Positions 36,770 to 50,570 of a stretch of 64,000 nucleotides of DNA are shown here, piece after piece (the first letter of the stretch is position 1; each line of letters starts with the position of its first letter). Origin of the DNA: Octopus sinensis (Eukaryota); assembly GCF_006345805.1 (NCBI RefSeq), contig NC_042998.1, positions 98,828,001 to 98,892,000 on the forward strand, given 5' to 3'. The notes beneath the pieces are model-generated. The model worked only from the letters and a program-made list of their open reading frames with translations. It did not search any database and was not told where the DNA came from. Both the position numbers and the translations under genes were made by a program.

Positions 36770-37905
36770 CATCATCATCATCATCATCATTGTCGTTTAA
36801 CATCAGCTTTCTATGCTGGCATGGGTTGGATGGTTTGACTGAGGGCTGGCAAGCCAGAAGACTGCAGCAGACTCCAGTTCGATCTGTCAATGTTTCTACA
36901 GCTTGATGCCCTTCCTAATGCCAACCACTCCATGAGTGTAGTGGGTGCTTTTTACGTGCCACCAGCACAGGCCAGTCAGGCAGCACTGGCAACGACCATG
37001 CTTGAATGGTGCTTTTTACGTACCATCAGGAGGTACTGTCATCAGTCACGACAATGACTTCACTTGCCTCAAAAGGTATTTGCAAGTGCAGTTTATTGCC
37101 CAATGATTGAAGGGTGCTCTTAAATGGGCTGGTTATGCCATACTGGCGTAGGCCACGGTTACGGTCTCACTTGGCTTGCCAGGTCTTCTCAAGCACAGCA
37201 TATCTCCAAAGGTGTCAGTCACTTGCCATTGCCTCGGTGAGGCCCAATGCTTGAAGGTCGTGCTTCACCCCCTCATATCCGGTCTTCTCACGTCTACCTT
37301 TTTCACAGGTTCCCTCTACTGCTAGAGTGTGACACTTTTTCACACAGCTATCCTCATCCATACACAACACATGACCATACCAGTGCAGTCATCACTCTTG
37401 TACACCACATGTGATGCTTCTTATGTCCAACTTTTCTCTCAGGGCGTTTACACTCTGCCAAATATGCACACTGACAAAACACATCCAGCAGAGCAAACTA
37501 GCTTCATTCCTTGCAAGCTTACGCATGTTCTCAGAAGTCAAGGCCCATGTTTGGATACATCATACAGTCTACCTTTTACTCTGATCGAAAGGCCCTTTGT
37601 CACCAGCAGATGTAGGAGCTCTCTGAACTTTACCCAGGCTATTCTTATTCTAGCAGCCACACTCTCAGAGCAACCATGCTCACTACTGACTTGGTCACCA
37701 AGGTAACAGAAGCTATCAACTAATTCTAGTTTTTTCCTTGGAATGTGACAGAGGCTATTTTCTGTGCATTTGCCCCTGAGCATTTGCCACATACAAAATC
37801 TAACTTCCCAGTTAGCCTTCCTTTGATATTGCTGCACCTCTTATGTGTCCATAGCTTACATTGGGGACATCTTATGGAGTTTCTACTTATGCCTTTTTCA
37901 CATGT
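36770..37905 (-). mobile_element. RTE LINE 3' part
   Basis: LVDSFCYLGDQVSS..RIAWVKFRELL; finger-coding region ~37750-37880; tail at 36770. Confidence 0.9.
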
Positions 37906-37942
37906 ATTTAATAGCAGTTTAACTCAGCTCCACATTACTTAC

Positions 37943-38138
37943 AATTTTGTGGCATGTAGGATATGTCCATCTCATCAGGTGTTCAAAGACAGAGTAGAGA
38001 GTTGAAAGAAATTTGAAATGGCTCCTAGGTGTTTAGGCTTCTATTTGTCAGCTCAAATTTTATGATATTAATGCTATCAAAGTGTCACCAGTGTTGAAAA
38101 TGCTGAGTTTCGTCCACTTGACATTTCATTTTAATGAT
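37943..38138 (-). CDS. Candidate 5' UTR plus start exon of unknown host gene (MDISYMPQN)
   Basis: Long polypyrimidine TTTTGTGTATTTTCAG| acceptor, ATT|GTAAGT donor; stops in all frames 5' of GAGATGG; phase 1 end joins exon 34626. Confidence 0.55.
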
Positions 38139-38327
38139 CTGAAAATACACAAAAATCAAAAAGATAAAAAAAATGAAAAAGTATTGTAGAGCAAAAAATT
38201 CTCTTTTAAATAACACAAAACATTTTGCCAATGTGTTTTATTTCTGTGTGCATTTTTAAATTAGGAAAAAACGCTCATGAATTATTCCTCAACCCAGTAT
38301 ATGTGTGTGTATATATATATATGTATA

Positions 38328-38428
38328 TATCTGTAAATGTAATATGTGACAATTATTTGGTAGCCACGATAAAACTCAGAGTTTTATCATGGCTACCAAA
38401 TAATTGTCATGTAGTACATTTACAGATA
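38328..38428. repeat. ~100-bp hairpin with 3-nt loop
   Basis: TGACAATTATTTGGTAGCCACGATAAAACT-CAG-AGTTTTATCATGGCTACCAAATAATTGTCA. Confidence 0.85.
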
Positions 38429-38509
38429 AGTTCCTCTATTTACATAATATCGAGGTCTCTTTCATTCTTTTGTTGTCTTGCCATTTCTATCAATATTATA
38501 TATATATAT

Positions 38510-40555
38510 GTATCATCATCATCATCATCATTATCATCATCATTATCATCATCATCATCATCGTTTAACGTCTATTTTCCATGCTAGCATGGGTTGGACG
38601 ATTCGAACAGGGTCTGGGAAACCAGGAGGCTGCCCCAGGCTCCAGTGTGATCTGGCAGTGTTTCTACACCTAGATGCCCTTCCTAATGCCAACTACTCCG
38701 GGAGTGTAGTGGGTGCTTTTTATGTGCCACCGGCATGAGGGCCAGAGGAGGCTGGCAACATCCACGATCAGTTGGTGCTTTTTATGTGCAACCGGCATGG
38801 GTATCACAACTAAAATTTCCACTTGATTTTTAATTTGATGTTGATGTACTTGACTCAATAGGTCTCCTCAAGCACAGCAGGTCACCCTATGATCCAAGGC
38901 AAGTACAGCAGGCTGGCCTGCGAGCCATGAGTTCACTTTATTTGTCAGGTCTTTGCAGCCACAGCATATCTCCAGAGGTCTCGGTTTTTTGTCATTGCCT
39001 ATGTGAAGACAACGTTTGAAGGTCATGCTTGACCACCTCGTCTCATGTTTTCCTGGGTCTACCTCTACCCCGGATTCCTTCAACTGTTTGGGAGTGGCAC
39101 TTCTTCACACATCTCTCCTCATCCATAGTACATGACCATACTAATGCAAACATCTCTCCTGCACGCCACATCCGATGCTTCTTATGTCCAACATTTCTCT
39201 CAGGGCACTTATACTCTGTTGTGTGCGCACACTGACATTACACAACCAGCGGATCATGCTAGCTTCATTTCTTTCAAGCCTATGCATGTCCTCCACAGTC
39301 ACGGCCCATGTTTCACTGCCATGAAGCATGGCAGTTCACACACAATCTACCTTTCACTTTGAGCGAGAAACCCTTTGTTGCCAGTAGGGGAAGAAGCTTT
39401 CTAAACTTTGCCCAGGCTATTCTTATTCTAGTGGTAACACTCTCTGAGCATCCACACCAACTACTAACTTGGTCACCTAGGTAATGGAAGCTATCAACTA
39501 CTTCTAGCTTTTCCCCTTGGAGTGTGATGGAATCTGTTTTCTGAGTATCTGTGTTGTCTATTGCCGATGTGCATCTGCTGCACACGAATGCTATCTTGGT
39601 TAATTTTCCTTTGATGTTGCTGCACCTCTTATGTGTCCATAGCTTACACTGGGTACATCTTATGGAGTTTCTACCTACACCTTTTTCACAGATTGAGCAG
39701 GGCCACCTACCTAACGGGATGTGCAATGAGTTAGCCTTCTTACTTACTAGAACTTGGGTTTTTGCTACATTGACTCTGAGGCCTCTTGATTCTAAACCTA
39801 GCTTCCACACCCAAAATTTCTTTTCTAGTTCTGGTAGTGATTCCGCTATGAGGGCCAGGTCATCAGCATAGAGGTGCTCCCAGCGGCAACCCGTCTTGAA
39901 TTCCTCTGTTATTGCCTGGAGGACTATGATGAATAAAAGAGGACCGAAACTTGGTGGATCCTACTTCTACCCAGAATTCTTCACTATACTCATTGCCAAT
40001 CCTAATCTTACTAATGGCCTCTCTGAAAAGGGCATGTACTGCCCTTATTAACCTTTTGTCAATCTCCAGTTTCCTCATTGCCCACCAGATAAGGGAATGG
40101 TGGACCCTGTCAAAGGCTTTCTCCAAGTCCACAAAAGTTAAGTATAGGGGTTTATCTTTAGCTAGGTATTTCTCCTGCAGTTGTTGAACCAGGAATATGG
40201 AATCAGTGGTGCTTCTACCTGGCACAAAACCGAACTGCATCTCATCTAAGCAGACTCTCTCCCTAATGAGATGGGTTATGATCCTCTCCATGACCATCAT
40301 CACCTGATCCAGCAGTTTTATACCCCTGTAGTTATTTCTATCTAGAGCATCACCTTTACCCTTGTAGCAGTTGACTATGGTGCTGCTACACCAGTCCTTG
40401 GGTATGACTCCATCATGAACTACCTGGTTTACAATGTGGGTGACTAGGCCATAACCCATACCTCCAGATGTTTTAAGCATCTCTGCACCGATTCCTGATG
40501 GGCCGGGGGCTTTTCCTGGCTTCATACCCTTAACTGCTTTATCTACTAGGGAGCT
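38510..40555 (-). mobile_element. RTE LINE, longest copy (RT, C4HC3 finger, 3' UTR)
   Basis: KAPGPSGI, NYRGIKLL, QFGFVPGRST, DLEKAFDRV, YADDL; frameshifted. Confidence 0.93.
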
Positions 40556-40599
40556 GTCTAATATATATATATATATATAAATATATCAATAGTATATAC

Positions 40600-40817
40600 T
40601 TTTTTAACTCTTTTACTTGTTTCAGTCATTTGACTGCAGCCATGCTGGAGCACTGCCTTTAATCGAGCAACTCGACCCCGGGACTTATTCTTTTGTAAGC
40701 CCAGTACTTATTCTATCGGTCTCTTTTGCCGAACCGCTAAGTGATGGGGACATAAACACACCAGCATCGGTTGTCAAGCAATGCTAGGGGACAAACACAG
40801 ACACACAAACACACACA

Positions 40818-40869
<52 letters not shown>

Positions 40870-40933
40870 TACGATGGGCTTCTTTCAGTTTCCGTCTACC
40901 AAATCCACTCACAAGGCTTTGGTCAGCCCGAGG

Positions 40934-40935
<2 letters not shown>
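40600..40935 (-). mobile_element. SINE family A, 5'-truncated
   Basis: Near-identical to 15327-15650. Confidence 0.85.
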
Positions 40936-40967
<32 letters not shown>

Positions 40968-41164
40968 CTGAGAGTACATGAAATACCAGCTTGCCAGAAA
41001 TAAAAATGAAAATCCTCAAATAAGTCACCATCTCACTGAGAACATAACAGACCAACAGAAGTCAGGTAACGAGCAAAGAAATTATATATATATTTGCACA
41101 CATACATACACATACATAGTGAATTGTTCTTCTATTGGTGGGATCAACAATAAAAATTCTCTTT

Positions 41165-41892
41165 CCAGAATGAGGATAGATGTATGAAAAAGTGCAACAC
41201 CCTAGTGGTTGAGGGTACCTGTGGAAGAGGTAGGCCCAGGAAGACCTGGGATGAGGTGGTGAAGCACGACCTTCAAACATTAGGCCTCACCAAGGCTATG
41301 ACTAGTGACTGAGACATTTGGAAATATGCTCTGCTTGAGAAGACCCAGCAAGCCAAGTGAGACCATAACCCATGGCCTATGCCAGGGGTGTAACCAGCCA
41401 TCTTCTGTGTACCTTTCCTTCATTGGACACTAAACTCTACTTGCGAAGACCTGTTGAGGCAAGTGAAATCGAAATCGAAATCAAATTCAATGACAGCACC
41501 GTATGACTGGCGTCCATGCTAGTGGAGCACTAAGAGCACCATCCAAGCATGGTCATTGCCAGAGCAGCTGACTGGCTTCCATGCCGGTGGCATGTAAAAT
41601 GCACCATTTGAGCATGATTGTTACCAGCATTGCCTTACTGGTACCTGTGCAGGTGGCATGTAAAAAACACCATTTGAGCGTGGCCGTTGCCAGTACCGCC
41701 TGACTGGCCCTCGTGTCGGTGGCATGTAAAAACATCCACTACACTCTTGGAGTGGTAAGCGTTAGGAAGGGCATCCAACTGTAGAAACTCTGCCAGGTCA
41801 GATTGGAGCCTGGTGCAGCCATCTGGTTCACCAGTCCTCAGTCAAATCGTCCAACCCATGCCAGCATAGAAAGTGGACGTTAAACGATGATG
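41165..41892 (+). mobile_element. RTE LINE 3' end with UTR repeats
   Basis: GGAAGAGGTAGGCCCAGGAAGACCTGGGATGAGGTGG; family terminus. Confidence 0.9.
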
Positions 41893-42050
41893 GAATTCAA
41901 ACATGATCTACTATAAGCTTAATACTCTGGTAGTACAGCAACCATATGAGATTGTATAGTGTACTGTGTATTATTCTGAAATCTTTCTGGCTCAAAATAC
42001 TTGAAAGATTGCAGGATAGTATATGGTGCGCTATGCAAACTCATCCAATA

Positions 42051-42426
42051 TCTCTCTCTATATAAACGGCAGTTTGTCTGTGCGTGTTTCTGTGTGTCTG
42101 CTTGCTTGTACCTTCACCCTGACCACGGCTTTCAACCGATTCTGATGAAACTTGACACACACATAGCTCAATGTCATAATTCAAAACTAACGCAGCGAAA
42201 ATTTTGAAAAGTTCCCCCAGTTCTGAAAAAAATCGATAAATTCGACATGGGGTCCAGAATCAGAAACACAAACTGTCTAGGGGACGCAACTCCACCTTTT
42301 TTAACTAAAAAAAAAATTTACCATCATTTTTTTCCATTTTTTTGCTATTTTTTGGCTATAACTCTCTAAAAATGCTTTATAGTTATTTCCCTTACAAACC
42401 TGAGCAACGCCGGGCGATACTGCTAG
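42051..42426 (+). mobile_element. Complete non-autonomous Helitron-like element
   Basis: A|TC start, CCTGAGCAACGCCGGG hairpin, CTAG|T end. Confidence 0.85.
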
Positions 42427-42512
42427 TTATCCATATTATCAAGCCATGAAACTTATAGAAGCTTACATTTAAATCCTATATTTATTAAACAATTATACAT
42501 GCATGTGTGTTC

Positions 42513-42543
<31 letters not shown>

Positions 42544-43024
42544 ATTGGTATATTATTTGTGTAAAATGCTCACTTTTTGCAGGCTTTTGAACCTACCTAT
42601 CAGAAGTACATATTATACACATGAACTAAATGATACATATTCTTTGTCAATCAAGTGTGTTGCTTGCCATAATTAGGATGGCATGAGGAAGTTAGTTATG
42701 TCTATTATCCAAGCTAACTAATGTGTAGCAAAGAGCTAAAGCCATTATAATAATGTTATGTTTTTTCTGTAATAGAGGCAATTTATAAAAAATTGCAGCA
42801 GAACTGTCAGATAAGCACACATGAACTTACTACTGCCAACCTTCAATAGGGAGGACCAGAATCTAATACTGCTATTATTGAAAGTATAACTTGAATTATT
42901 TAATATGAATATTAAATAACTAAATAATGAATAAGAATGAATATATCAATACTCACATTATTGAAGTATAAATATAAACTGAAAAAATATACACATATTT
43001 CCTTTCTTGAAATACTGTAATTAT

Positions 43025-43470
43025 TATACATGTAGGCACAGGCATGGTTATGGGCTATGAAGTTTGCTTCCCACATGGTCTCAGTTTCAATCCCACCGCA
43101 TGACTGCATGGCACTTTATGCAAGTGTCTTCTACTATAGCCATTGGCCTACCGAAACCTTGTGAGTGGATTTAGTAGATAGAAACTGAAAGAAAGAAGCC
43201 TGTTATATATGCATTTACATACATATATATGCATATGTGTGTGTGTGTGTGTGCATTACTGTTTCATTGCCTTAATTTCATGTGATAGTTGTTAATGAGT
43301 GTAACTGTCATGCAAGCAGTGTACTTCATTTCCAGTCATGGGGAACATTACCTTACTTGGAGACAGGTGAGGGTTGGCAACAGGAAGGGCATCCAGCTGT
43401 TGAAAATCCATCTAAATAAATTCCATCCAACCCATGCAAATATGGAAAAGTAGACATTAAACGATAATAC
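43025..43470 (+). mobile_element. SINE family A head with RTE-type 3' tail
   Basis: Family A head, microsatellite, then AGGAAGGGCATCCAGC...AACCCATGC...CATTAAACGAT. Confidence 0.75.
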
Positions 43471-43638
43471 TAATAATGTATCTATTGAAAGAATAAAAAG
43501 AAAGTATTTGATAGAGAAAATATTTAAACAAAAACGTTTACATTCTGATTATGCCTTTTATATCCTGATTTCTCACAGGTCTTCTCTACGGATGATACAC
43601 TGGTAAAGTTCAAGGGTTCCTTTTGGATTTATTTATTA

Positions 43639-44018
43639 CTAGCAGTATCGCCCGGCGTTGCTCGGGTTTGTTTTGACCCTTTAGAATTGGAATTTTTGAA
43701 AAGTAAAAATTTTGCATTATGTAGCTTGTTATTCTCTTTAAGTGAACATTTTTCTGGTTGAAATACACTGAAAAACGGTAACACAGCAGTCAAAAAATCG
43801 TAAAAAATAGGGATTTTTAACACCTTTTTGATGTAAATAATTTTTGGTCTTAACATGGTCCGATTTGAATTTTATCTTCTACGGTATGAAGAGCAAACCT
43901 TCATCTATCATACTCTCAATTTTAGTCAACTTGTGATGCAGGGTCTCAGAGGAGATAGTGTTAGTTGAAGGCTACCAAACCTGCCACACACAGACAACTT
44001 CAGCTTTATATATAGAGA
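43639..44018 (-). mobile_element. Non-autonomous Helitron-like element (same family as 17823-18221)
   Basis: rc TCTCTATATATAAAGCTGAAG...CCCGAGCAACGCCGGG...CTAG. Confidence 0.85.
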
Positions 44019-44299
44019 TTTTGAAGATTCATAAACTTCACAAAGCATTTTAGTCAGCAATTGTAGTAAATCTGACCGAATCTTTTCCTATACAACATAA
44101 TGTTACAGTAAAACAATATGCATTATACATAAGAGGTATTTTTTATCTAGGATTTCGCAAAACAAAATTAATGGTGCACATTATCTATGTGGTTTTCCAA
44201 CCCATCTGGGATAGCATTAACTCTGAATAAAAAATGAATCAGACAACGATAAATCATCAGTTCCATACCATCATGGAAAGTAGACATAAAATTATTTAC

Positions 44300-45131
44300 T
44301 TTGTGTTTTATTTCAGTTCTTCTTAAGAGAGTTCAAGCCAGTTGCTAACAAAGTGACAAGTCTTATTGAGTTAAGACAGTTTCCCAATGTTTGTAAAAAT
44401 TTGGTTGAGTTGGTGTGCTAGTTGAGTTGTCAATGTGCACATCCAAGTGTATACATCTATTCATCTAAAGAATCTCAGATGGAGAAACTTTGGAATGTCT
44501 TACAAATTTTCATTGTGCCACTAATAGATTTACGGAGATGTACTTGCATAGCAAGTGATTTGATCTGAGATCGTGTGCTGAAACGAAAACAATTGCAGCG
44601 TGGAAGGTGTTTGTAAGCCATTTAAGAATAATAGATTGAATGTTGAAAATCTATATCAGTTTCTTTTCCTCTTCCTTTGAAATACCCAGTAATTTTAGGT
44701 TTTTGTGTAAATTTGTTGGTACATAGCCTAATGCAACTATGATGATAGGTACAAATGAGAATTCGTAGTCAGGTTACAATGTTCTCTTTATCTTGGACTC
44801 TTGATTGTACATTCACATCTGCTTAGCAGTTGATCTCTGCAACAGTCTATAATTTTTGTTCCCTGTCATACAGAACAATATCAGGTCTGCTATGTTTGCA
44901 GTGAATTTCTGTTTTTGTTGGAATGTTCCACCAGCATTCCTTGCTTTTAAAGGTGTGAATATATGCTGGTCCTGACATGCCTTTGAGGTATACATCAGGA
45001 CAATCCTTCCTGCAGATAGCATTGTAAATAATGTGCTGGTGTGGCTCTTCTTTCACCTTCCCAACCTCCCCTACCAAAGGTGTCATCCTGTTGTCTTTCT
45101 ATACTAGAGCATTGTAAATAGTTTTCGCGAT
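44300..45131 (-). mobile_element. R4/Dong-like LINE 3' part with two internal insertions
   Basis: IIAKTIYNA..CPDVYLKGMSGPAYIHTFK..WWNIP..HSRPDIV; 3' UTR homologous to 29.8-30.1 kb; insertions at ~44528-44630 and 45031-45107. Confidence 0.85.
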
Positions 45132-45179
45132 TATGTATGTATACATGTATCTGTGTATGAATTCATCCATACACAAATA

Positions 45180-45227
<48 letters not shown>

Positions 45228-46369
45228 GACACCATCTGCATACTGTGCTAAATGTATACACACCATTAAAAGGCAAGGTGCTGTGGAATTGTCTAAGATA
45301 AAAAATCTCCTTGGACTTGTGATGAAAACACAATATATATATATCAATATATACGTACACCATGACTGCAATGACTCACAAGACTGACAGACTTGTTTCA
45401 CTTTTCTTGATTGGGGTTTGTTAATCCCATGCACTCAATTGTCACCTGCTTAAATGAAATTCGTGATGCAATGCATAAAACATTCACTAGTATTGTGTAA
45501 GCTTACCTGTTTGCAAGAAAACTGAGTATATGCAATTAAATTAAAATCGCCATGTGTGTATTATGTCAAATGTATAAGACACTGTTATGTTAAAAATGGA
45601 ATACTCTTCAAGACACACTCCAAGACATCATATCATTATCATCAACATTTAATGTCCATTTTCCATGCTAGCATAGACTGGACAGCTTAACAGGAACTGG
45701 CAAGGCCAGGGGCCATACCGATTTCCATTGTTCGTTTTGGTTTGGTTTCTACAGCTGGATACCCCTCCTAATACTGACCACTTTACAGAGTGTACTGGGC
45801 GCTTTTTATGTGGTCCATCACCAGTGCTTTTTACATGGTACCAGTACCACTGTTTTTTTACATGGTGCCAGTACCCACATCAATGCTTTTTACATGATAT
45901 CTTGATTTTGGGATCTCAGTTCTGTTGTAGTGACCAAAAAGATAAAGGCAGCAAGCTATCAGAATCTTTAGCATATTGGATAAAATGTCTAGCAGCATTT
46001 ATTCTGACTAATTTATGTTCTGAGTTCAAATTCTGTTATGGTCAACTTTGTTTTTCATCCTTTCAGGGTTGATGAAATAAGTACCAGTTGTGCCCTGGAG
46101 TTGATGTAAGCAAGTAGCCCTCTATCATACCAAATTTCAGGCCTTATGCCAATTGTATGAAAAAAATATATGTAAAACATTAGTAATGAATGTAAAAAAT
46201 ATGTAAGCGTGTACAATATTTAGATAAAGGGTTCTATAACCAATGCTTAACATTCAAATATGTTTAATATCAGAAAAACAATATGCATGTTAAAAAAAGT
46301 GAGCTACAAAAGCAGAGTTTAGTTAAATTAAATTGCAGAACTTTGAACCTTTGCAAACATTACTAGGTG

Positions 46370-46600
46370 TTTATTTCTTTATTGTCCACAGGGGGCTAAA
46401 CATAGAGAGGGCAAACAAGGATGGACAAAGAGATTAAGTCGATTACATCAACCCTAGTGCATAACTGGTACTTATTTAATTGACCCCAAAAGGATGAACG
46501 GCGAAGTTGACATTGGTGGAATTTGAACTCAGAACATAATGGCAGACGAAATACCGCTAAGCATTTTACCCGGCGTGCTAGCGATTCTACCAGCTTGTTG
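46370..46600 (-). mobile_element. SINE family B
   Basis: Homologous to 9021-9247; a more decayed copy lies at ~45950-46145 (+). Confidence 0.8.
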
Positions 46601-47100
46601 CATTACTAGGTGTATGCAATAAAAGTTCATTGACTAAATAAGCAAGACCTGACCTCCACAGCAGAAGTGTCCCCTTGATGAAAAGGACTGACCTGCAAGA
46701 GCTCTGTGCTTGTGCCACATAAAAGGAAAACTTGAGTCAGTGCCATGTTAAAAGCACCCAACACACATTGTAAAGTGGTTGGCATCAGGAGGGGCATCCA
46801 GCCATAGAAACTAAGCCAAATCAAACTGGAACCTGGTGCAGCTTTGGTCAAACAGTTCAACCTATGCCAGTGTGGAAAACAGACATCAAAAGATGATGAT
46901 TATCAAGGCCATTCCAACTATAACTGCCTTGTTTTACTTTCAGAATAGAAACTATATTCCAAACTTCCCTCACATCATACACTTCCATCATGAAGAGGTA
47001 TGATCTGAGGGTGATTTGGCTATTTCTAGCAACTTTAATCATTTTGTACAGGCTGTCTCATTAGCTCACTATATCTCTGTGTTCGTGTATGTTTGTATTT

Positions 47101-47160
<60 letters not shown>

Positions 47161-47368
47161 AAATGTGAATATGTTTTGTCAAATGCGTCTCAGCTACACA
47201 CCTTTATTTAGGTTTGTGGGTAGAAATGAATGAATTGAATCTGTTGAGAAAGCCTTAAAAACTGGGTATTAGGGTATGTATATATTTCTGAGACTGTATG
47301 TGTGTATGGTGTAGGGTGGGATATGGCTTGTGTTTGTAAATGGAGAAATATGTGAATGTATGTTTGAA

Positions 47369-47414
<46 letters not shown>

Positions 47415-48069
47415 TCTCCCCACAGGCTGAATACATTTATATGATAAATATGTGTATGGGTGTGTTTTGTGTATACAGTCATGCGTGTATGTATATGTAT
47501 GTATATAATGTATGTTCACATATGTATATATGCATGTATTTGAGTACATGTAGCTATGTGTATATATGACTATCTGTGGATGTGTACAAATATATGTATG
47601 TACATCAGTGACTATATGCATACCCTACAGCAGTATTGTATTATAAACACATACATATACATACATACACCCATATGTGTGTCTGTGCGTGTGCATGTGT
47701 GTGTATGTGTATGTGTATGCATGTGTATTTCCAAAAGTGTTTATACCTGGGAAGGTAAAAGCACGTATGGGTGTGTGAGTGTTCTCATGTGGGCTTATGA
47801 AGAGTGTTTCAATGAATGAATTTCAGAAATGACATACCTGTTTTAAGAATGTTCGATGTAGGTGTCTAAGTGTATATGTGGGAGTATCTGTCTCTGTATG
47901 TGAGTATGATGTGAAGTGTAACAGTGTCTGCATGTAATTAATGATGTGTGTGTGTGAATAATTAATAAAGTGTGAGGTAAGTACATACACACACACATAC
48001 ATACATACATACATACATACATACATACATACAGACAGACAGACAGACAGACAGACATGTGTATATATA

Positions 48070-48299
48070 TTTCTTTATTGCCCACAAGGAGCTAAACATC
48101 GAGGGGGACAAACAAGGACAGACAAAGGGATTAAGTCGATTACATCGACCCCAGTGCGAAACTGGTTCTTTATTTATCGACCCCGAAAGGATGAAAGGCA
48201 AAGTCGACCTCGGTGAAATTTGAACTCAGAATGTAACGACACACGAAATACTGCTAAACATTTCGCCTGGCACGCTAACGTTTCTGCCAGCTCGCCGCC
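48070..48299 (-). mobile_element. SINE family B
   Basis: rc GGCGGCGAGCTGGCAGAAACG...GAGTTCAAATTTC. Confidence 0.88.
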
Positions 48300-48708
48300 T
48301 GTGTATATATATGTTTGTATATGAACATGTCTGTATGTATGGGTATATATGTGTACATGTGTATATTCGCTTTTCTCTATACACACAAACACCTATGTTG
48401 TATATACATATCTATATCTATAACTATACAAGCACATGTGTGTGTGTGTGTGAGAGAGAGCTTTCTTGTTCTGACATCATGTCTTAGTTGTAAATGAGCA
48501 TCACCATCAAACATGTAATGTCTTCCATTTCCAAATTTGTGTGGAAATGTATCCAGCCATGGGAAAATATTACCTTGCTTGGAAACAGGTGAGGGTTGGC
48601 GACAGGAAAAGCATCTGGCCATAGGAAATTTGCCTTAACAAATTCTGGTTGACCCATGCAAGCATAGATAAGTTCCTATAAAACAATGATATGATATATA
48701 TATGTGTA

Positions 48709-48759
<51 letters not shown>

Positions 48760-49453
48760 TGTGTGTGTGTGCATGTATATATAGTTCAAATTTACAGAAA
48801 ACAAAAGACAAAGACACATGTAGGAACAACAAACAGGTGTGTTAGTTTAATGCTCAGGAAGAATGGAAAAGTCTTTTATGTTTCGAACCTATACTCTTCC
48901 AAAAAGGATTAAGAGGGTAAAAAGGAGAGTGAATGAAAAACATAGAGAGAGAGAGAAAAAATGTGTCGGGACTAATGGTTCAACATGATGAAATTATATA
49001 TATGTATATATAATTTTATAGTGGTTTTTGGAGCATTGTCTTTAATCATAGGCTTGCTCAATCATGTTTGAACTTGAGTGAAACAGTAGCAACAACACAA
49101 TAACACTCAAGCCAATGAGGGATCTTCCTTGCAGTCGTTCAAACTGCTAGAAACAACAACCATGTCTCACTCAAATCACATTTTGTCATCTTAAAAATGA
49201 CAGGACACATTCAGTAATGTAGTCCTAAGTAAATAAGATTGGAAGGCCATAGCTGGAGTGTCTTTAACTATAGGTTTACCTGATCAGGGTCGATCTGGGT
49301 TCAAACAATCACAACAACAACAACAACAACACACATCATGTGCCATTCTTCCCACTCCACTTGCCTAACACTGTACTCCACCTTTGTTATCAGTAAGAAC
49401 TGATAAAAAAACAAACATAAAAACAATACAATCATGCATCATTATTGCTTCTT

Positions 49454-49454
<1 letters not shown>

Positions 49455-49493
<39 letters not shown>

Positions 49494-49529
49494 CAGCAGT
49501 AGCAGCAGCAGCAGCAACAGCAGCAGCAA

Positions 49530-49601
<72 letters not shown>

Positions 49602-49612
49602 TAGTAGTAGAT
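49455..49612. repeat. Compound (TAG)n/(CAG,CAA)n/(TAG)n triplet repeat
   Basis: Visible directly. Confidence 0.95.
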
Positions 49613-49789
49613 CATGATGATAATGATATATTATATTAATGTTGCTGCTGCTGCAGCTGCAGTGGCTACTACATAGGGCCTACACCAGTCAGGGTCAATC
49701 GTGCACCTGTACATGTATGCACACACAATCACCAGTTTTCTATGCATGTAAGTCTACCCTGCCAATGATATCAACATTTATTCAAGGGA

Positions 49790-50570
49790 AAAGCCACTGA
49801 TTTAGGTCAAAACAGACCACTGTTCCTGTAGAAGTTTCCAGTTGCTGTCAGGATCTTGCAGAAGATTTAATAGCTATGGAATGGATTTCCTCTGCAGACC
49901 AGTCTAGTATCCTTTACGTTAGTATCAGCACTGGTACTGCAAATGCAGTGCAGGATTTTGTCTTGTTGTAAGAGGAGAGTTCCAGCTGCTATAATTTGGT
50001 GTAATTATTCTCGAGTCACACGATCTTTAATCACAGTACTTTTGTATAATATCATCATATATAACATCAGTTCTCCATACTGGCATGTGTTGGACAGTTT
50101 GACAGTAGTTGGTCAGCTGGAGAGCTGCTCAGGCTCCATATCTATATTGAAATGGTTTCTATGGCTGAATGCCCTTCCTAATGCCAACCACTTCATAGAA
50201 TGTAATAGGTGCTTTTTATGTGGCAGTGGCAACCAGAACCTCACAAGATTAGGAACATTCAGCTTAAGAGAGATGCTGGGGGCATCATTAGCTAGGTATT
50301 TGTAGTATTTCTTTGAGTGGAACAGGAGAGATAGAAAACTGTTGATGCATAATTTTAGTTTTTGTAGGACTGATTTTCCACATTCAACAATCAAATACAA
50401 ACACTTTTTCGGGTCAAACTCTATGTCAGTTGAAACTATTGTTAATCCAGCTCTTTTACAAAGACCAGCTGTTTCTTTTGACACAATCATCATTTTCAGT
50501 ATTGTTCTTCAAGTTATCCACAAAGAAATTATGGGTTATATTGGTATCTCTAGCAGTTGCAGATCCTAGT
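49790..50570 (-). mobile_element. R4/Dong-like LINE RT fragment, interrupted by an RTE tail (~50060-50260)
   Basis: TDIEFDPKKCLYLIVECGK..YKYL; KDRVTRE..ILTATGNF, collinear with copy B. Confidence 0.75.

Noticed and set aside
42583-43602. Plus-strand micro-exon candidates (42583-42605, ~42776-42850, 43579-43602)
   Set aside because: Very short, mostly weak donors, stops in joined frames; expected by chance in AT-rich DNA
49365-49639. Poly-Leu/Ser/Ala/Val ORFs as a homopolymer protein
   Set aside because: Pure triplet repeat with no flanking coding context or splice support
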